The notes beneath the pieces were generated by a model. The model searched no databases. It was not told the origin of the DNA and saw only the letters and a list, made by a program, of their open reading frames with translations. From an uncultured Actinomycetota bacterium (GTDB lineage Bacteria > Actinomycetota > Actinomycetes > JAFAQI01), in NCBI GenBank assembly GCA_963770565.1, contig CAVYQE010000001.1:64001-128000 (forward strand): 64,000 nucleotides of DNA, in the 5' to 3' direction. This document shows, one piece after another, positions 1 to 13,032 of this stretch (within the stretch, counting starts at the first letter, position 1; each line of letters starts with the position of its first letter). Position numbers and translations under genes: made by a program.

Positions 1-128
1 CCAGTCCTAAGAACGATGAGGAGTAGAATTGGGGTCGGAGGCCAACGACGACCGGCACGCCCCCATTGGAGTTCACGCTTCAGCGCGTGCTTCCGGCACT
101 GGCAGACTGCGCTTGGCAGTGCCACACC

Positions 129-161
129 CTCGTCACTCGTCACTCGTCACTCGTCACTCGT
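129..161. repeat. Heptamer tandem repeat (CTCGTCA)n
   Basis: About 4.5 copies of ctcgtca directly after the stop of the minus-strand methyltransferase. Confidence 0.85.
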
Positions 162-167
162 CCCCCG

Positions 168-913
168 TCACTTGCCCAACAGCGCGCGGCAGCGGTCGAG
201 CGCGGCTCGGCGCAGCGGAGAAATGTATACAGGCTCGCTTGACGGGCCGGCAACGGAAAGCGGCGGATCGCGACGCGCTCGAAGCAGTGCCTGACGATCG
301 CTTCGATTTCTGTCGGCCCGATTGGCATGTTCGTGGCGCATCAGGTCGCCATAATTGAGGCCGGTGCGCAGGCGGAACGAGAGGCCCACCGATGAGCGCC
401 AGGCCAAGCCCCAGAGAAAACCGCCTTCCGACGGGATGCCGGCCGCGAACGGCCGCCGGGCTCGAGCAGCGTCGCCGCTTGGGCGACCAAGTTGCGGCAG
501 GTTGAGCACGTGCTCGAGCGTGGCGATCGAGATGATTCGATCGTAGCGGTGGTCGCGCGGCACGTCGTCGATGTCGGCGTGAAACGTTCGCACCCGCGCC
601 GCTTCCGGGCGGCCTTCATAGAGGGCCGTGTAGGGCTCGACGACGTCGTAGTCTTGCCCGGCGCTCTCGAATGGAAGATGGTTCAGCGTGCCCGCCCCGA
701 GCTCCAGCACGGCTTGCCCCGCGAGCGGAATCGGCGGCCACGCGGCGGTGCATCCAGGCTTCGAGCGATTGGGTGATGCGATAGAGGACCCCGGCCTTCG
801 CGGCTGGAAACATACGTTTCATGATAGATGGCGGCCAGCTTCGGCGGCAGCGGCGGGCCGGCGCGCGCGGATAGGTGGCGAGGAGGCTCGATGCGGCTCG
901 ATCGGTTTGCCAT
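168..913 (-). CDS. Class I SAM-dependent methyltransferase-like protein (frameshifted)
   Basis: LELGAGTLNH motif I and DRIISIATLEHV in ORF 168..710; N-terminus MANRSSR... lies in another frame. Confidence 0.7.
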
Positions 914-1008
914 ACCTCGCCCCCGTCGAAGGCTCACCGGCGGGCATCCTTCCCTGCGTGGGAGCGGGAGATTCGCGTGGCGTTCCCCGTCTGTCATGTC
1001 CGTTGTCT

Positions 1009-1980
1009 TCAATGCTGGCGAATTTTGGGGTGGAGCGGCTCGCGGGGGACGTTGGCCATGTCGAAGCCCAGAAAACTCAACAGCAATTGCGAGCCGATGA
1101 TGACCGGCAACGCCGGCGAACATCACCGTGCCCGACGACGCGGGCGTATTGCCGCTCCGCCGCGACGATCCATTGCAGCACGCCGAAAATCACTCCGAAC
1201 GCCAGCAGCCCGAATCCGCACACGAAGATTGATCGACGCCACACTGAAACCGCGGAGAAAGTAATTGTAGAAGATCCGCTTGAGGCAATTGCGGGCGTGA
1301 TAAAGCGGAAATTGCACGAACGCCTTCGTCAGGCTCAGGCTGCTCGATCTCATCGGCGTAGCGGGCCTCCATCGGCACTTCGCCGACGACTGCCCGCAGC
1401 GTGTTCAAGCGAAACAGAATGTCGGACTCGAAGAAATACCGCGGATGCAGCTTGCCCAGCGGCAAGCGGGCGGCGACGGCCGCGTGAATCGCCGTGTAGC
1501 CGTTAGTCGGATCGAACAGGTTCCAATAGCCCGTCGATAGCTTCGAAAGAAACGACAAGCCGGCATTGCCGACAGCCGGGCGACCGGCATCGCCCGCAGG
1601 CTTTCGAGGTGATAAAAGCGATTTCCTTTCACATAGTCGGCTTCGCCGTCGGCCAGAGCGGGGCGATAAGTTCGCGGAATGCGGCGCGGGGTCCATCTGC
1701 CCGTCGCCATCGAGCTTGACGATCATTTCCGCCCCGTCGGCCAGGGCCTGCCGATAGCCGGTGACGACCGCCGCCCCGACGCCCCGATTTTGCTCGTGAA
1801 CCAACAGGCGAATCCGCGGATCGTCGGCGGCCGCTGCGCAATGACCGTGCGACTCTGTTCGGGGCAACCGTCGTCGATGCAATAGATTCGCCACACCTCC
1901 GGCCCGATCGCATGGAGCACTCCGGCGATTTGCTTGCTGACGCGATAGCAGGGGATCACCACCGCCAAACGCGCGGGCAT
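1009..1980 (-). CDS. Glycosyltransferase family 2 (frameshifted)
   Basis: AVVIPCYRV, IDDGCPE, HEQNRGVGAAVVTGY, KLDGDGQMDP, DYVKGNRF and DPTNGYTAIH distributed over three frames. Confidence 0.85.
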
Positions 1981-2607
1981 TTGTTCATCGCGTGGTAGAG
2001 TCGGCTCGGGCATAGCGCCATGGCGTCGCGAGATTCGCCGAAATTCCTGGCAGAAAAGATGGCGGAAGCCGTTTTGCGGAGTTGTCGCCGGTTGTCGCCC
2101 ATGAGCCGCTGGAAGGAATTATACCCCGATTCGCCGCAGTTCACAATCGTTCCGATCGTAGCGCTCGCATTCCCAATCCTACTTCGACTCGTGCTCGTAA
2201 TCCCATTCCCAATCCGTATCATGCTCCTCATCGTTCTCGACCGATGGGCCGCCGACAAGCGAAGAGTCCGATTACGATGACGATGACGATTATGAATGCG
2301 ATTGGGATTGAGAGGCGCCTCGAGGCGCGTCAGCCTTCGCGGCCCCAAGCACGCCACGGACAGACGTTGCTTGCCCGTGGCACTCGGGTGTCGCTTGCCC
2401 GTGACACACGGTCCATCGTCGCCTTTCGTTCCGCGAAAGAGCCGGGCGCTCTTTCGCGAAGCGAACGACGACAACGACCCGAGCGGCTTGCCGACAGTCG
2501 ATTGAAGAAAATCAGGCCGAATCTCGATATCGAGCCGAGGGCAATCGAACTTCAAGACTGTCCGCCGGCTGACGCCCGAGAACCTCCGCGCGGCCGGATC
2601 GGCCGGC

Positions 2608-4399
2608 TCAATCCTGGCTGCGTTGCTTGGCCGCCCCTGTCGACAAGGCCATGTTGATCGCCGAGTTGATCAACGCGATGTGCGAGAGCGCCTGCGGAAA
2701 ATTGCCGACCAGCCGCGCGGCCTGCGGATCGTATTCCTCCGACAACAGCCCCACGTCGTTGCGGAACGCCAGCATCCGCTCGAACACCTGCTCCGCCTCG
2801 GCCGTCCGACCGGCCAACACGTAGTTGTCCGCCAGCCAAAACGTGCAAGGCAAGAACACGCCCTCGCCGGGAGGCAAGCCGTGAACGTGATTCGACTGCG
2901 CGTACCGGAGCAAGAACCCGTCGACGAGCAGCTCGCGCTCGATCGCGCGGACCGTCCCCTGCACGCGCGGATCGTCGGCCGGCAGAAACCCGACCAGCGG
3001 AATCATCAACAGCGCCGCATCCAGGGCCGAACTGCCGTAGTGCTGAACGAAGCTGTTTTGGCCCGCGTCGAACCCCCGATCGCAAACTTCGGCGGTGGAT
3101 TTGCTCCCGCAGGGCGCGCCATTTCTCCACCGGTCCCTCGAGGCCGAACCGCTCGATGCTCTTGACGGATCGATCGATGGCGACCCAGGCCATGATCTTG
3201 GAATGGGTGAAATGTTGCGGCGGCCCGCGAATCTCCCAAATCCCCTCGTCGGGTTGCTGCCAAGCCGACTCGACGAAGTCGACCAGCATCCGCTCCAGAT
3301 TCCAAGCGGCGGCCTCCGGGTGCAGGCCGGCCCGGCGAAACTGAAACATGGCGTCCAAAAGTTCGCCATAAACGTCGAGCTGAAACTGCTCGCAGGCCGC
3401 ATTGCCGATCCGCACCGGCCGGCTCCCTTCGTAGCCGGCCAGCCAATCGAGCGTGAGTTCCGGCAGACGCCGCTCCCCTTGCACTCCGTAAGCGATCTGC
3501 AATTCGTCAGGGCTGCCGGCCACGGCCCGCAGCAGCCATTCGCGCCAGGCCGCCGCCTCCTCGGTGTAGCCGGCCGAGACCAAGGCGAACAACGTCATCG
3601 TCGCGTCGCGCAGCCAGCAATAGCGATAGTCCCAGTTGCGGCCGCCGCCGAGTTGCTCGGGCAACGAGGTGGTCGGCGCGGCGATGATCCCGCCGGTCGG
3701 CGCATAGGTCAGCGCTTGCAGGGTGATGAGCGAGCGGACCACCGCCTCGCGCCACGGCCCCCGATAGGTCGCATGACTGACCCAATCGAGCCACCACCGC
3801 TCCGTCTCGTCGAGCATTTTCAGGGCATTGCGGGGCGGCGGCGGATCGCGATGCGACTCGAACCAAGTCAACGAGAAGGCGACGCTTCGACCTTCGGCCA
3901 CCTCGAAGTCGGCGACCGAGGTCAGGCCCTCGCCATGCACGGCGACGTCGGAATGCAAGACGACCCCATCCGGACCGCAAATGGCGCGGAAGCCGTTGTC
4001 CTGCCCCTGCACCCAGGGGACGATGCGGCCGTAATCGAAGCGGAGCACGAGCTGCATGTGCATGGGCACTTTGCCGCTGACTCCTTGGACGATGCGGATC
4101 AGCACCGGGGCGTCGGTGCGGAGCGGCATGAAATCGATGACATCGACCGTGCCGCCATCGGTTTCGTAGCGCGTTTCGAGCACCAACGTCTCGCCCCGAT
4201 AGCGTCGCCGCGACGGCCGGCACTCGGCGGCGGGAGCAAGTTGCCAGCGGCCGTTCTCGGGTGTGCCGAGCAAGGCGGCGAAGCAGGCGTCGGAATCGAA
4301 GCGCGGCACGCAAAGCCAATCGATCGAGCCGTCGCGGCCGACCAGTGCCGCCGTCTCGTTGTCGCCGATCAGGGCGTAATCCTCGATTTTCGACGACAT
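2608..4399 (-). CDS. Glycoside hydrolase family 15 (glucoamylase/trehalase-like), one frameshift
   Basis: IEDYALIGD, APTTSLPE, RNWDYRYCWLRD, QLDVYGE, GIWEIRG, LLSEEYD, GNFPQALSH. Confidence 0.92.
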
Positions 4400-4521
4400 C
4401 GGCGTAGCGCCCCCTCGTGGCAAGACTCGATCCGAACCGGCATCTCCGGCGGAGCAACCGATTATACACCGAGGTCCGCGATTTTCGACCCGCGGCGGTC
4501 GGCGCGATTTCGGGGGAGCGC

Positions 4522-4565
4522 AAAAAAAGCCCGCCGCGGCCCGTTATCGGGTCCGCGGCGGGCAT
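4522..4565 (-). terminator. Intrinsic terminator downstream of 5S rRNA
   Basis: Minus strand GCCCGCCGCGG...CCGCGGCGGGC hairpin followed by a T7 run. Confidence 0.8.
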
Positions 4566-4575
4566 GTAAAAAATT

Positions 4576-4681
4576 CCGGCGATACCTACTCTCGCACTTT
4601 GGGTACTACCATCGGCTCTGAAAGCTTAACTACCGTGTTCGGAATGGGAACGGGTGTGACCTTTCAGATATGGTCACCGGA
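4576..4681 (-). rRNA. rrf: 5S rRNA
   Basis: Reverse complement contains CACACCCGTTCCCATTCCGAACACGG...GCCGATGGTAGTAC...GAGAGTAGG. Confidence 0.95.
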
Positions 4682-5179
4682 AAGAAGCGGCTCGGGCCGG
4701 TAGGCGCCGAGCCGCTTGGTGTCCAGAAAGACGTTGGCGGGCAAAACTTGCGGCGCCAACCGTCTTCGTCAAAGACAATTTGTTGTGGTAATCGGCAGCT
4801 CTTGGCATGGAATCCGAACTTCCGGGCTCCTCATGGCCAGCCCTTTGGCTGGAGTCACGCGGGGCCGATCGAGATCGGAGCGTTGGATCAAGGTGGTCAA
4901 GCATTCGTCCGTTAGTACCGGTTAGCTGAGCACATTGCTGTGCGGACACATCCGGCCTATCAACCTGGTCGTCTTCCAGGGGACTTTCGGTATAAACCCT
5001 ACGAAACCTTATCTTGGAGCGGGCTTCACGCTTATATGCTTTCAGCGTTTATCCTTTCCGTTCATAGCTATCCAGCCATGCCGCTAGCGCGACAACTGGG
5101 ACACCAGAGGAACGTCCTTCCAAATCCTCTCGTACTAAAGAAGAACCTCCGCAAGTTTCGTACGCCCACAGCAGATAGG

Positions 5180-5214
<35 letters not shown>

Positions 5215-5263
5215 ACGTACCACTTTCATTGGCGAACAGCCAAACCCTTGGGAGCTTCTCCAC

Positions 5264-5301
<38 letters not shown>

Positions 5302-5328
5302 GCTTCGCCGCTATGGACGCTCGGAAGC

Positions 5329-5361
<33 letters not shown>

Positions 5362-5525
5362 TGATGAGCGACGGCCTTTCCATCCAGCACCGCCGGATCA
5401 CTAAGCCCTACTTTCGTATCTGCTCGACTTATGAGTCTCGCAGTCAAGCACCCTTCTACCTTTACGCTCGCTGCCTGATTGCCGACCAGGCTGAGAGTAC
5501 CTTTGGACTCCTCCGTTACTCTTTT

Positions 5526-5567
<42 letters not shown>

Positions 5568-5808
5568 TTCGCCCGGATTCACGGGAATCGAGAGTTAGAA
5601 CTAAAACATGGTCAGGGTGGTATTTCAACGTTGGCTCCATGACGACTGGCGTCGCCACTTCACAGCCTCCCACCTATCCTACACAGAACATGTCCAGACC
5701 AATATCAGCCTACAGTAAAGGTTCACGGGGTCTTTCCGTCACACTGCGGGTACGTGGCATCTTCACCACGGCTACAATTTCACCGGGTCACTGGTTGAGA
5801 CAGTGCAT

Positions 5809-6338
<530 letters not shown>

Positions 6339-6572
6339 GACAAAGATCAGGGCCGGCGTGTTATGGAAACCCAGAGGCTTCCATCCAGGGCTGTCAAACC
6401 CTGAGTCGTTACGGGGATCGTCAGGCGACGATCTTACCCTCGGTATTACCCGCGACGCCCTGCATGGCGTCGGTGGGGCTCCACCGATTTGAGCCGGTGA
6501 TCAAGGCGGAATCGCTTCCGCCACGGGCAATGTTACTTACCCGACAAGGAACTTCGCTACCTTAGGACCGTC

Positions 6573-6871
6573 CATTGTTGTTACTCAACCCTCCGGGAAT
6601 CCGAAGATTCACTCGGCGGTTGGGCCAGATCATTTCTGCCTGGCTCTACGGCTCGCACCGCAGATCGGACTATATCATCCCCGCCGACACGGCCGGTCGA
6701 CGGGGTTTGGCGTATAGTCTCTGAGGATTCCGGATCGACAACAGATCGATCCGGCCTTTCCTGCTGATTGCCTGCACCCACCGCATTGTCACTGCCCGAC
6801 GGATCGGGCAAGTAGCTTGGGATACTCAGGTGTTCCAGCATTTAGCCAAATTTTACAACTACGAGAGGTTC
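6573..6871 (-). mobile_element. ORF-less group I intron at 23S position L1917 (299 nt)
   Basis: Splits GTAACTAT|GACGGTCCTAAGG; P1 AACUAU pairs with GUAGUU; P/Q/R/S-like AATGCTGGAAC, AATCAGCAGG, TCAGAGACTA, GATGATATAGTCC; omega-G. Confidence 0.92.
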
Positions 6872-6902
<31 letters not shown>

Positions 6903-7145
6903 GTCGCGAGCTTCGCCTTACGGCTAACCCTCTTCCTTAACCTACCGGCACCGGGCAGGCGTCAGACTCTATACTTCCTCTTGCGAGTTTGCAGAGTCCT
7001 GTGTTTTTGATAAACAGTCGCTGATGCCGATTTACTGTGACCCCCGAGAGCTTGCACCCCCGAGGGCACCCCTTATCGCGAACTTACGGGGCCAATTTGC
7101 AGAGTTCCTTAACCAGTGTTCTCCCGAGCGCCTTAGACTTCTCGT

Positions 7146-7176
<31 letters not shown>

Positions 7177-9140
7177 ACCAAAGTTTCAACCCTTAGGAGC
7201 TTTTCTTGGACGCCTTTCGGATGACTTCCGAACGTAAACGCGCTCGGTCCCGCCGTTGGCTTGCGGGGGCGGATTTGCCTTTCCCCCACCTTCCGACGGT
7301 CTACGGACATTTCTAATCGTACCGCTCACCTTACAGACGCCGTCCCTCCATCGGTCCATCTTGGTGGCGCAGGAATGTTGACCTGCTGTCCATCGTCTAC
7401 GCCTTTCGGCCTCGACTAAGGTACCGGCTAACCCTGGGCGGATTTACCTTCCCCAGGAAACCTTAGGCTTTCGGCGGGCAGGATTCTCACCTGCCTTATC
7501 GTTACTCATTCCGGCATAATCACCTGTGACGCCCCAACACCGCTCCTTACGGTACGGCTCGTATCTGACGTCTACAGCGCTCTCCTACCACTCAGTAACC
7601 CGAGGGTCTGTCGAATCCACTGCTTCGGTGTAGAACTTACTCCCGTTCATTATCGGCGCAGAATTGCTCGGCCAGTAAGCTGTTACGCACTTTTTAAATG
7701 GTGGCTGCTTCTAAGCCAACATCCTGGCTGTCACGGCAACTCAACTTCCTTAGTGACTGAGTTCTACTTCGGGACCTTAGCAGATGGTCTGGGTTGTTTC
7801 CCTCTCGACCGCGAAGCTTATCCCTCGCGGACTGACTCCCGAGATAGTCGCACCGGTATTCGGAGTTTGGTTCAGCAGAGTAGTCTGGGAAGGCCCTCAA
7901 GCCGATTCAGTATCTCTACCCCCGTTGCGTAGTGGCTCAAGGCTAGCCCTAAAGCTATTTCGGAGAGAACGAGCTATCTCTGCGTTTGATTAGACTTTCA
8001 CTCCTCCCCACAAGTCATCCCCTCGGTTTTCAACCCAAGTGGGTTCGGTCCTCCACGCGGTATAACCCGCGGTTCAACCTGCTCATGGGTAGTTCGTGCA
8101 GTTTCGCGTCTACCACCAGCGACCATTGTCGCCCTATTCAGACTCGGTTTCCCTATGGCTCCGGTCCTGAAGACCTTAACCGAGCCGCTGACGGTAACTC
8201 GCCGGATCATTATGCAAAAGGCACGCCGTCACGCATTGTCCACGCGGGCCATAGTGCTCCGACCGCTTGTAGGCACATGGTTTCAGGTTCAGTATCCTCC
8301 CCTAGCAGGGGTTCTTCCCATCTTTCAGTCGCCCTACTGAGTTTACTATCGGTCGTCAGGGAGTATTTAGCCTTACGGGATGGTCCCCGTAGATTCAGTC
8401 GGGGTTCCACGTGACCCGACCTACTCAGGTACTCCTCGGGAGGCTGTCCGCTTGTCGCATACGGGACTGTCACCCGCTATGGTCCAACTTTCCAGATGCG
8501 TTCTGCTAGCAGACCGCTTTGTAACTCCCATGTGAGAGGCCCTACAACCCCGCGGAGGAAAACCTCCGCGGTTTGGGCTATTTCCCGTTCGCTCGCCGCT
8601 ACTGAGGAAATCGATTTTTCTTTCTTTTCCTGCGGTTACTGAGATGTTTCAGTTCGCCGCGTTTGCCGCACATGACCTATGGATTCAGTCGTGTGCCAGT
8701 TCGGGAATCTCGGGATCAACACTCGTTTGACAGCTCCCCCGAGCTTTTCGCAGTCTTCCACGCCCTTCAAAGCCTCCTGACGCCAAGACATCCCCCATGT
8801 GCCCTTAGTAGCTTGACCACATTGATCGAACGCTCTCGATTCCCCCCAAACCTCTCGCGAAGTCCGGAAGGCCGATCGCCTCGATCCGCTTTGTCAATCT
8901 ACCGTATCTCGGCCATCATCGCCGGCAAGCGCGCCGACACCATGGCCGAGGGTAACGTTCTTTTTGATCTTTACGCTGCATTCCTTCCCGTCCCGACGTG
9001 CCGATCGCGGCCACAAGAGCCCCGATCTCACGGCAAAGCCGGAAACGAATGCGTGCTAAGAGCCTTGGAGAACAAAGACGACGACCGCTTGCGCGGGACG
9101 CCGCCATCGTTCAATTCAAGATGCCAATTACCACAAACCG

Positions 9141-9156
9141 AATTGTCAAAGATCGA
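9141..9156 (-). promoter_or_regulatory. boxA-like rRNA antitermination element
   Basis: Minus strand GATCTTTGACAATT in the 23S leader. Confidence 0.55.
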
Positions 9157-9394
9157 ACCCGCGAAAGTTCTTGCGCCCCGCGACGATTGCCACCGCCGCC
9201 AGCCGCAATACCTCTCGCCGACTGTCTTAATGGACAGGGGCCAACCTCGCCTAACCCGAACCGGCAAAATGCCGGCCGACTGGCGAACTTCGCCTCCGGC
9301 CACCCGGACCCAACACCTCTTGGACCCAACTACCTCTTGGACTCAGCACCGCCGCGTGAGTCTCACTCCGCCTGAACATACCGCGGAAGGGAAA

Positions 9395-9423
9395 AATATA
9401 CCGGAGCCGCCAATCGTTGTAAA
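9395..9423 (-). promoter_or_regulatory. Sigma70-type promoter for the 23S-5S unit
   Basis: -35 TTTACA, 17-bp spacer, -10 TATATT on the minus strand. Confidence 0.65.
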
Positions 9424-9914
9424 GAGGCGGCGAAAGATTTTTCACCGCTTCGATTCTTCCTCGGAAATCTCCGCGGCAACCGGGCGGCAAAATCGCGGCC
9501 GGATTCCCGCCCGAAAGAATTCGGCGAGGTGGGCCACGCAGAGCCCCATTGTAGAAACTCGCCGCCGCGAAACAAGGGGTATTTTTTTCCGGATCGAACC
9601 GCCGGTCGAAACGAGGCCGAATCGAAGCCGAAAATCGCGAAATCGTCGGCCCAGCCGGCGGCCCCCGCGCTGGGCAGCCGCTCGACCGGCCGCTGCGCAA
9701 GCGGCGTAAGTCACAATGGAAAAAGGACTTATAGCCGACGGCCAGCCCCTGGCCGGGCACTCGCGGGGCGCCGAGGCGGGTGGGCTTTGCGGGCCGCCGC
9801 CGATCCTGCGGCGACGTAGAGTTCGTTTGACAGTCGCCGCCGAAACGACTACATCGTCGTGGCGAATTCGCCCTGGGCGACTCCACCAGCCTTTCACGCT
9901 CCAGGAGACCGATT

Positions 9915-10085
9915 GTGGCCAAGCACGACATCGGAGAATACAAGAAAGTAGCGAAGGAAATGGAGAAAGAACAGGCTCAGACCCAAAAGGCCGCGGCCAC
10001 CGCCAAGGCGGCGTTGGACAAGCTCGACAAGCTGTCGGCGTTTTCCGGGAAGGTCCGCAAGGAGCTGAGCGCCGAGCCGGATTGA
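9915..10085 (+). CDS. Small Lys/Ala-rich helical hypothetical protein (56 aa, below the ORF-track cutoff)
   Basis: AGGAG at 9903, GTG start, VAKHDIGEYKKVAKEMEKEQAQ...SAEPD; GC-rich third codon positions. Confidence 0.55.
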   Translation: MAKHDIGEYKKVAKEMEKEQAQTQKAAATAKAALDKLDKLSAFSGKVRKELSAEPD

Positions 10086-10149
10086 CGGGCCGCAGGGCGT
10101 CGCCCGCGCGGCATGAAGACATCGCACTGCCCTTCAGCAGGAATCCACC

Positions 10150-10650
10150 ATGGGAAAGAAAACCACCGCTTTCATCAACGCCATCGGCAAGCAAATCGCC
10201 GACATCCGCGAACCGCTCTCGCAAGTCATGGGGGTCGCCGAGGCGATGGCCGACAAGCGCAAAGAGCACGGCGAACTGATGGACAAGATTCAGAAGGTCA
10301 CCGATAAATACATGCCCAGCAACAATCAGGCGGACAACCGCAGCTCGCAAAAGGAAAATCCCGAGCAAAAGCTGGCCGCCGATCCGGAATTCAAGAAGCT
10401 CGAAGGGCACATGACGAAGGTCAACAAGGAAATGGAAGACTTGTTCGACTGGAAAGACAATCTCAAGAACGACATCAAGAAGCAGCGGGCCGCCCTCGAT
10501 GCCGACCTCAAGGCCTTCGAGCAATTCGTCAAGAAAAAGAAAGACTCCTGGTTCGGCAGCAAGAAATCCGTCCCCGACGCCGAGCGGCTCATCAAGAACG
10601 GCAAAGACGCCTCGAAGACGATCAAGGAAGCGGTGAATAAGATTCCGTGA
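10150..10650 (+). CDS. Hypothetical Lys-rich coiled-coil protein
   Basis: 166-aa ORF with AGGA RBS, strong codon bias, helical heptad pattern. Confidence 0.75.
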   Translation: MGKKTTAFINAIGKQIADIREPLSQVMGVAEAMADKRKEHGELMDKIQKVTDKYMPSNNQADNRSSQKENPEQKLAADPEFKKLEGHMTKVNKEMEDLFDWKDNLKNDIKKQRAALDADLKAFEQFVKKKKDSWFGSKKSVPDAERLIKNGKDASKTIKEAVNKIP

Positions 10651-10688
10651 GCGGCGAGCGCTTTGCAAAGGTCGAAGCCTCGATGCGA

Positions 10689-11934
10689 TCAGGGATCGGC
10701 CGTCGCCGTCTCGACGGCAAGGGCGTTGACCGTTCTCAGATGTTCGGCGACATCCTCGAGGAATCGGCAATCGAACCTCAGACTGCTTTTCATGGCGCGA
10801 TTTAGGAAACCGGCCGTTGCACGAGCAGAGAGCGGGCGAAGTGGAAATCTCAGGAATTCCAAGAGCGGCGTTTGTGCTCGGATTACGGGCCACATCGACG
10901 CGCAGACTGCATTGCGCCGCTCCGATCTCCATAAGCGGCACTTGGCCATCGGCCGTCCGCAGCAATGGGCAGGCCCTCTTTGCAGACAGTTTTCCCTGGC
11001 GTCGCCAAGCGTCTGCCGATCCACGACGCGACGCGAACGCATACCGCGTTGCCGACAAGTCGCCAGCGGACCCCGGCCCGAGACGATATGGTCGCCGCGG
11101 GTTGAGTCCATTCGACAGGGAAGCCTTGAAGTCGCTCAGCGTCGCGCAGATCGATCGTCACTAATCGTCGTTCGGACGGAATCCAAATCGCGGGCGGCGA
11201 TGGAATCCCGATTGTGGAACCACTTTTCAGCGTCGGGACGCAGTTTGGTGCCCATCCGAGCCCGGTCGCGCCCTCGGTCCAGTAGAAGCCAAAGGCTTCC
11301 GGGGAGCGGCATTCTATGGGCTCCGAATTCTCGTCGGCAAAGATTACTTCTCGAGGATCAGCGTCGAGAGAAGCGAGGATCACAACCCGTAATCGCCGCT
11401 GTGGAACGCCAAATGCCCTTGCATTGACAGTCCGGTAGGCCCAGCGGTAACCCGCCGTACCAGTGCGCCGGTAATAAGCCGCATTGCTCGACCCGAATCG
11501 AGGCAGAGCATAAACGGCACGTTCTCGAGCAAAACCCAGTTCGGTTTCTGTTTTGAACTGTCAATCAATCGAAAGACTTCATTGACCAGCGAAGATTCAG
11601 CACCCGTGACCCCCGCCGTCTTTCCGCACTGACTGAGGTCTTGGCACGGGAATCCGGCTGAAATCAGGTCGCACTGCGGCAATCGCTTTATTTCCCGGAT
11701 GTCGCCGGCTAAGCGGATTTTCGGGAAATGAGACATCAGGACCGCCTTCGCAGTCGGCTCGATTTCCGATAAGATCACGGCGTCGTGGCCGTGCCGCCTC
11801 AGCCCCAATTCAATGCCGCCGACCCCGGCGAAGCATCCGGCGACTCGCAGCGACTGCGGCTTTTTTCTGCTTGCGATTTGTCTCAAGGTCGTGTTCGGGT
11901 AGGTCGGTTGGCGGTTCGCGATCCAGTATGCCAT
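10689..11934 (-). CDS. dcm: DNA (cytosine-5)-methyltransferase (frameshifted)
   Basis: FAGVGG (motif I), GFPCQDLS (IV), LENV (VI), RDAERLQGFP (IX), LVGNAV (X); start uncertain. Confidence 0.9.
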
Positions 11935-11978
11935 AGTCCCGCGAAAAACTTGAGACCTTTTCTCCAAGAAAATTCGAC

Positions 11979-13029
11979 ATGCAAGCCAATTCACAGCTAA
12001 AGCTGATCGCACAGAGCCAAAGGGACGACGCGGATCGCCAGATTCGGCGAGTCCAAAAGGAGATTCGGTTCGACACCCGCGATTTTCCGATCGAGACAAT
12101 CGTCCATCGCTTCAACCGCGGCAGCTTCTTCATCCCGCCCTACCAGCCGAGTTTATTTGGAATCAGTCCGACCAAAGCCAATTCATCGAGTCGGTCATCA
12201 TGGGGCTGCCTATCCCAATGATGTTCCTGGCTGAAGACGAGGAGGGAATGTTCGAGATCGTGGACGGCGCACAACGAATCCAGACATTGGACGCGTTTCT
12301 CGCCGGCGATCTTATTCTGGCCGACCTAACGAAACTTGATTCATTGAATGGTTTTCGATTTGTTGACCTTTCGGACATTCAACAAAACAAGCTGACCAGC
12401 CGCGCGCTTCGGATCGTGGTGCTAGATCAGGAAACGACCACCGAAAACCGTCAGGATCTATTCAACAAATCAACAAGTTTGGGCGGGTACTGGAGGCAAG
12501 CGAACGGCGGCGCGGCGCATTCGAAGGAAAGTTTGTAGACTTCCTGGAAATATGGCAAGAGACACGTTATTTCGGAACCTGTGCCCAATCACGCCGGCAA
12601 AGGAGAGGAGAAAGGAGCCAGCTCGAACTCGTGACGCGGTTCTTCGCCTATTCGGAACGATACTTAGAGTTCCAGCACGACGTGGATGGGTTCATCGACG
12701 AGTTCGTCAAATCACATCGAACGGACTTCGAAGAAGCGAGGTTTTCCTCGGAATTCACGAACACCATGCAATTCGTGCAAAAGCATTTTCCATATGGATT
12801 TGCCAAATCGCCGAATGCAAAGACGACGCCTCGGGTGAGATTCGAGGCGCTGGCGGTTGGGACAAACCTGGGCCTGTGCCAGAAGCCGCACCTCATCCCA
12901 TTGCCAGTCACTTCCTGGTTGGCGACGGATGAATTCAAGCCCAGACTACGACTCACGCCAGTAACTCCGCGCTCGTTTACGAAGGCGCATGAATTGGTTC
13001 GAGACCATCTACTGGAAGGTGCGCAATAA
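11979..13029 (+). CDS. DUF262 (GmrS/ParB-Srx-like) domain protein (frameshifted)
   Basis: IPPYQ, FIW, FIESVIMGLPIP and EIVDGAQR motifs; C-terminal TPRVRFEAL. Confidence 0.85.
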
Positions 13030-13032
13030 ACG

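Noticed and set aside
6581-6841. 86-aa ORF inside the L1917 intron
   Set aside because: Coincides entirely with ribozyme core elements and has no endonuclease motif
8820-9400. tRNA or 16S remnant in the 23S leader
   Set aside because: No cloverleaf with a T-loop and no 16S 3'-end/anti-SD motif found
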